Shown here piece by piece: positions 59,301-64,000 of a DNA stretch of 64,000 nucleotides; within the stretch, counting starts at the first letter, position 1, and each line of letters opens with the position of its first letter. The position numbers were made by a program, and so were the translations under genes. The notes beneath the pieces were generated by a model, which saw only the letters and a program-made list of their open reading frames with translations, was not told the DNA's origin and searched no databases. Origin of the DNA: Antedon mediterranea (taxonomy: Eukaryota; Animalia; Echinodermata); contig NC_092670.1 of assembly GCF_964355755.1 (NCBI RefSeq), forward strand, positions 5,446,201-5,510,200. The letters are read 5' to 3'.

Positions 59301-62300
59301 TTAACCAGAAACCTCATGCAGTAATCGAACCAGCTTTGCAGGAGGTTACATTGCCCGTGCTTCCAAATGCAGACACCGTCCTTGATGGCTCAGGTAAATT
59401 ACTTTGTTTTGGGGTTTTCTTGAAACCTCCCTTTTCTTATCTTTTACATGTACACCACGTGACTTTAAATAAAAACACATGGATGTATAATTCAACAAAA
59501 TAGATTTACAGTTTGGTTTAATGGAAATTATTTATTTTTAAATAACTAGGGAGTACGGATGATGTCAAGATTGCAGGTTACAAGTGGGAGCAAGTGAAAG
59601 GCCCCTTAAGTGAGTCTGAAATTGGCGGGACTGAGCCGATCCTTCACTTGTCTGGGCTTCAAGTTGGTATCTACATCATCAAGTAAGTTTTACATTATTC
59701 ATGTTTATTTTTTTGTTCAATGTTTGTTTATTTGTTATTTTTTTATTGTACAATTTATTGAATTGTTCTTTTAGGTTGACTGTTACTGACTCAGATGGAC
59801 TTGAAGATTCTGCTTTAGCTAATGTTACTGTTAAACAAGGTTAGTCATCAAAACAGAAATAGTTACATTATTTACCTTACGTTATTTGCCCATTATAAAT
59901 ATTAAATATATTAACTACATATTCTGAACCTGATAATTGAAGAGTGGTTTTTATCACCTTTATGAAAAAGTCTGTGGTGTGCAAATAAATGTTGACATTT
60001 TAACTCCAGTCATTTTGTATTATTTATCTATTTTTATATCAACACCACAGGTATAGAACAAATTTTAAGTGATATACTGAACGTTTATTAATATTTTTAT
60101 TTTTTTAATCATTTTTAGAAGTAGATTATCCTCCTAAAGCTAACGCTGGTAGCGACATTGTTATCAAACTACCAAAGAACGAGGTTACCTTATATGGTAA
60201 TGCTAGTACAGACGACAAGAAGATTGTAGGCTATGAATGGTCAAAGGACAGCGGTGGTGTTGTTGATGTGACGGGTTCTGGTACTGAACAACTACATTTA
60301 ACAAACTTGGAAGAAGGCAACTATGTTTTCCGACTGACGGTCACTGATTCTGGGGGGAATCAGAATTTTGATACTGTAACAGTTATTGTCCAGCCAGGTG
60401 AGATTCTTATCAAATAATGGCTTGTGAGCTGGTGCATAAAACTTATTTAGTAAACTTATGACTTATTTCTCCAAGGGTCCCTTCCGTTTCGAGCAACCAC
60501 TAAGTAGCGATGGATCAGTCAACACATTTAAAAGATTTACTGGCTGCAATTGAGCTGGAACTCCATTTCTAAGTTCTTATCTAAGTAAACTTCTACCACC
60601 AGAAATTTGACTTGAGACTGAGCCATTCTTATTGCTGTTGTAACTGCTTGGCCAATTTGACCAAAAAAGCAGCAAGGGCAGGTTTGCATTTACATAAAAC
60701 CGTTGCTACAAACTTGCTAACCATTAATTGAAGTTAATATGTACATTATTTTTCTTGTTTAAGAGAACAACATTGCCCCAGTGGCTGATGCTGGAACAAA
60801 CAAGGAACTATCATTACCAGATGATTCCACTGTTTTAGATGGATCTGCCAGTCACGATGACCTTGCTATAACTCATTATACTTGGGAAAAAACAAGGTAT
60901 GGTATTTTTTCAATTTTAATAAATTCAAAAATTATTTTAATATTGTGAATTGTTTGTATATATAATGTTTTTATTTTTTGGTCGAAGCTCTACTTGTGAG
61001 AGAGTTGCTCTGTTTGGGGAATCAATAAATAAATATGAAATAAAACAGCACATTTTTACAGTTTATGCTATAGGGAATAGATTCAAGAGAGATGCTGATG
61101 AGAACTGGCCTTACTGAGTGATATGAATTTGATATCTAATCAGTTTTACATACATAATTGTATATTCTGCTAAAACAAATAAATAGGGAGAACCTTTATT
61201 AAGGAACACTTTCCTATTAAACTAATGAAGGGTGATATGTGCCTTAACACTATGGCTAACTCCTATTCAATGGACACCCATATGAAGATTACACGGTTTT
61301 GGGTGAAAATTAAATAGAAAAAACAAACACTTATCTGACATATTAAGAAATGTTTCTTTGTTACAGTGGTCCTGACGCTGATATTACTGATGCGGATAAG
61401 GTCAAAGCCACAGTGTCGAAGCTACAAGAAGGAGAATATGTGTTCACGTTAACAGTTGTTGATGGTCAAGGTGCCACCGACACGGACACTGTGAAAGTCA
61501 CCGTTAAAAAAGGTGAGCATAACGAAAAGGAACATTTGGAAAAACAGTGCAAGTCGTTACTGATGTTATTTGATGATATAATCATTTCTCAACAAATTTC
61601 GCGAAGCCAACTATTTGGCCAAGTGGTATAGGTTCAGTCTAATGAACCGATTTTTTTTTTCAATTTACCTATTTTATTATTTTGCCAATGTAGAGTTGTT
61701 TTTAATTTGTCACTTCAGAGGTGAACAAACCACCTGTTGCCAATGCAGGTTCGGACGTGGTTGTCACTCTTCCTGTCTCGGTTGTTAAAGTTGATGGATC
61801 ACAATCAACGGATGACGTTGGTATTGAAAGTTACGAGTGGAAAAGAAATGGTAAAAGCCCAGCTGCAGGGGTAAGACAAGGACAAGTTATTTTACCACCC
61901 CTACTTTTGCATCTGCCAAAAAAATTTCAGTCTATTAATTCCCTATTAATATTGTTTAGACTGCAATCGACAATTCTGACAAGAAATCTATTCTGTTATT
62001 GGTTGATCTGGTTCCGGGCCGTTACACATTTACACTAAAAGTTACAGATGCAAAAGGACTCTCTGCAACTGACACAGTTGAAGTTGTTGTTAAACAGTAT
62101 GCAAGTGAGGACAGTCTGGTAGTATTAACATTTGCAGCTGATATTACAAAGGTCACACAAGAAGATGAGGTATGGCAAACATTGTAAATTCATTTTATAT
62201 ATTTTGTGTATTTTTTATATTATCAATACACTATAACATGCCTTAGCGAGGATACCTCTCCCAATCCACTCCACTCCAGTACAGTTTAAAACCTTCCCAG

Positions 62301-63907
62301 TACAAATTCTAATAATCATGTTGATAATGGAAATTACTTATAAACCATAAAACCCTCCATTTTAAATGTAGTTTAAAACCTTCCCAGTACAATTCATTTA
62401 TTTTTATACTCTTCTCCCCTAAATGCCAAACCCATTCCTGGGGGTAATTTAAAGTCTTCCCAGTACAATTCATTTATTTTTATACTCTTCTCCCCTAAAT
62501 GCCAAACCCATTCCTGGGGGTAATTTAAAGTCTTCCCTGTACAATTCTGGACATTTTTATGTATGGATAAATGTATAAACAAAACAACAACCTACTGTAA
62601 GTTGGAAAAAGGGAGGTATTTAGACCTGCTATATTGGATCTAAAATGGCAGATAATACAGTAGAACCTCCATTTTACATACGGTACGGGACCGAAAGGCG
62701 TACGTAAAACAAAGGATTCGTAAAATCAAGGTTGACCTTAAATTGACCCCAAATACGTAGAGATCGTAGCTATAAAGGGCGGCTACCCTGTTTGTCTACT
62801 TTACTGAACAGCATGCAGGTTGTCACTAGCTAGGCCTTGCCTAGACTATTCAGGCTAGGCTAGCAGGCCTAGCAAGATGTGAGGCCTAACTAGAAAAGTA
62901 CAGTACTGTATATACAGGCTGTGAGATGTTTAAATAAAGGGTAAAATATCAATGTTCTTGTATTTTCAATCAATAAAAACAGTCGCTGCTTAAATGCACG
63001 TGCGTAGCTTGTCTCAAACACACAGCAGAATTCCTCACACACACACAGCCACAGCTTTGTTGTGCTTTGTTGTTGTTAAATTGCGCCCTCAATGTACGAA
63101 AATGATGACGTCATCGGTTATTTTAAGCGTACGTAAAATCAAGGGAACGTAAAATCAGGGTACGTAAAACACAGGTTCTACTGTATTCATATTGTATTTA
63201 AACATTCCCATAATAATTGCATATCCAAGGTGTATGGATGCATGCTGTAACAACATTTTGTATTTTGTAACTTAAAAAAATAGATTTATAGATTGACGTT
63301 AGTTGCTATCCTTAGAAAATAAATGTAAATATAATATTTTTCATCAGGAACTTCTACTTCGTAAATTGTCACTCTTCATGGGAGTAGATGATCATGATAT
63401 AATGTTACAACGGATCGTTTCAATTCAAGAAGGAAGGTAAATTTGGAGAAACACTATTGGGTATGGGTCATTGGTCAATCTCAAACTGCTATATTTTGTG
63501 GTCATATGTGCCAATGTAGTCATTAATGATTGGTTCCCACTAGAGACGCAACACAAGTCATTTGACCAATAACATATGATGGATTATCGGTTTTCATTGG
63601 TCATTTGCTTGCCTTGTGTCTACGTCTTTAATTCTTTATATACATTAGATATGCACAGAAGTCACATTTAATCACAGTTCTTTAAAACATTTTACTGTAC
63701 TAACTTAGCAGTTAATCATGACAATACCTTATAAACACGATCATTATTACTGTAACTTTCTTGTCAGGTTTGATATGATCTTCTATGTGATTGATGCGCA
63801 AACACAGGTTAGTTTGAAGGCTATAGATGTTGTCAACCAACTTAAAGACAGGCTAAAAAAGGAAGGTGATCTGTTGGATTATCCGGTGTACAGCCTGGAG
63901 ACTGTAG
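47394..63907 (+). CDS. KIAA0319L: KIAA0319/KIAA0319L (AAVR)-like protein: MANEC domain, Cys-rich modules, Ser/Thr stalk, five PKD repeats; continues beyond the right edge
   Basis: Phase-consistent exons 47394-47499, 53029-53304 (MANEC: CITACCQVTSCDLVWMLDGVCSSVAC), 54434-54580, 57086-57298, 57764-58000, 58280-58390, 58665-58867, 59204-59393, 59550-59682, 59775-59839, 60119-60397, 60764-60896, 61367-61512, 61719-61870, 61960-62169, 63348-63436 and 63768-63907. PKD motifs LAVSAGENKVLQLP, DYPPKANAG, NKPPVANAG, LDGS.STDD, G.Y.F.LTVTD. Confidence 0.92.
48108..48828 (+). mobile_element. PIF/Harbinger-like non-autonomous element
   Basis: TIR GGTCGTGTTCGTACGGTGGTTAAAATA / TATTTTCAACCCCTACGAACAGGCCC with TAA/TTA flanks and a GC-richer interior. 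Confidence 0.75.
49423..49588 (+). mobile_element. Penelope-like element end fragment flanked by a 15-bp direct repeat
   Basis: ATTACTCTGCAATAA occurs at 49423-49437 and 49574-49588 around a ~136-bp insert that carries a hammerhead motif. Confidence 0.75.
49448..49487 (+). ncRNA. Minimal type I hammerhead ribozyme
   Basis: CTC-CTGAGGA-C-GATCAA(AGTACA)TTGATC-GAAA-CG-TC-GAG. It has the CUGANGA and GAAA cores, a 6-bp stem II, a vestigial stem III, a GUC cleavage triplet ending at 49484, and stem I CTC/GAG. Confidence 0.8.
51722..52400 (-). mobile_element. tRNA-derived Deu/Nin-domain SINE, head-to-tail dimer with duplicated tail
   Basis: The minus-strand head has an A box TGGCCGAGCGG and a B box GGTTCGAG. 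The core is GTCTTCTCGGATAAGGACTATAAACCGTAGGTCC..GAGTAGGGGGTTACCCCGGTGT. Two near-identical units lie at 51923-52160 and 52165-52397, the tail segment is present twice (51773-51830, 51861-51920), and the end is (TCAA)n. Confidence 0.85.
52725..52985 (+). mobile_element. Decayed CORE/MIR-like SINE with L2-type tail
   Basis: TGTATCCTTAGGCAAGATACTTTAC..CTCTCCACCCAGGTGTATAAATGGG core and GGCGCTATATAA..(ATT)n tail. Confidence 0.65.
55918..56052. repeat. Low-complexity ~21-bp tandem repeat
   Basis: TTGCATGTGTTTTTATTTTTT repeated about 6 times. Confidence 0.85.
62380..62545. repeat. 76-bp tandem duplication
   Basis: 62380-62455 is repeated at 62456-62531, followed by a partial third copy. Confidence 0.9.
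62658..63183. mobile_element. Tc1/mariner-pogo (Tigger-like) MITE
   Basis: TA|CAGTAGAACCTCCATTTTAC ... GTAAAACACAGGTTCTACTG|TA, with internal CGTAAAA repeats. Confidence 0.85.
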
Positions 63908-64000
63908 GTATGTATGACTGACTGAAGTTGTCCTGTTATTTAAACTCAAAGGTCTATCATGCTTAATTCCTGTGTTCAAAGAGCTGTTGCTAATTCCAGT

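Overview
AT-rich, intron-containing animal genomic DNA. It is probably from a marine invertebrate deuterostome (echinoderm-like); this is an inference from the gene set and repeat families. Genes reconstructed by hand from splice sites and reading-frame phase: (1) the first coding exon of an SLCO4-type organic anion transporter (minus strand, gene runs off the left edge); (2,3) two intact, tandemly duplicated 22-coding-exon adhesion GPCRs (minus, ~742 and ~748 aa) with signal peptide, atypical C-type-lectin-like domain, furin site, low-complexity/mucin stalk, short GAIN/GPS and 7TM; (4) an ST8Sia-family sialyltransferase (minus), whose last-exon 3' part was also copied by the duplication and is now a pseudo-exon; (5) a KIAA0319/KIAA0319L-like gene (plus, runs off the right edge). 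Non-coding DNA holds many mobile-element relics. The most notable are: a 34-bp (17+17) palindrome with a 7-bp target duplication that looks like a P-element excision footprint, plus a second similar scar; a Harbinger derivative with a decayed Myb/SANT ORF and arrays of a 9-bp quasi-palindrome; a Penelope-type minimal hammerhead ribozyme in a KIAA0319L intron; an L2 3' UTR with three structured repeats; and a Deu/Nin-SINE dimer. No prokaryotic-type systems (CRISPR etc.) are present. No searches were run, so all family calls rest on motif recognition.
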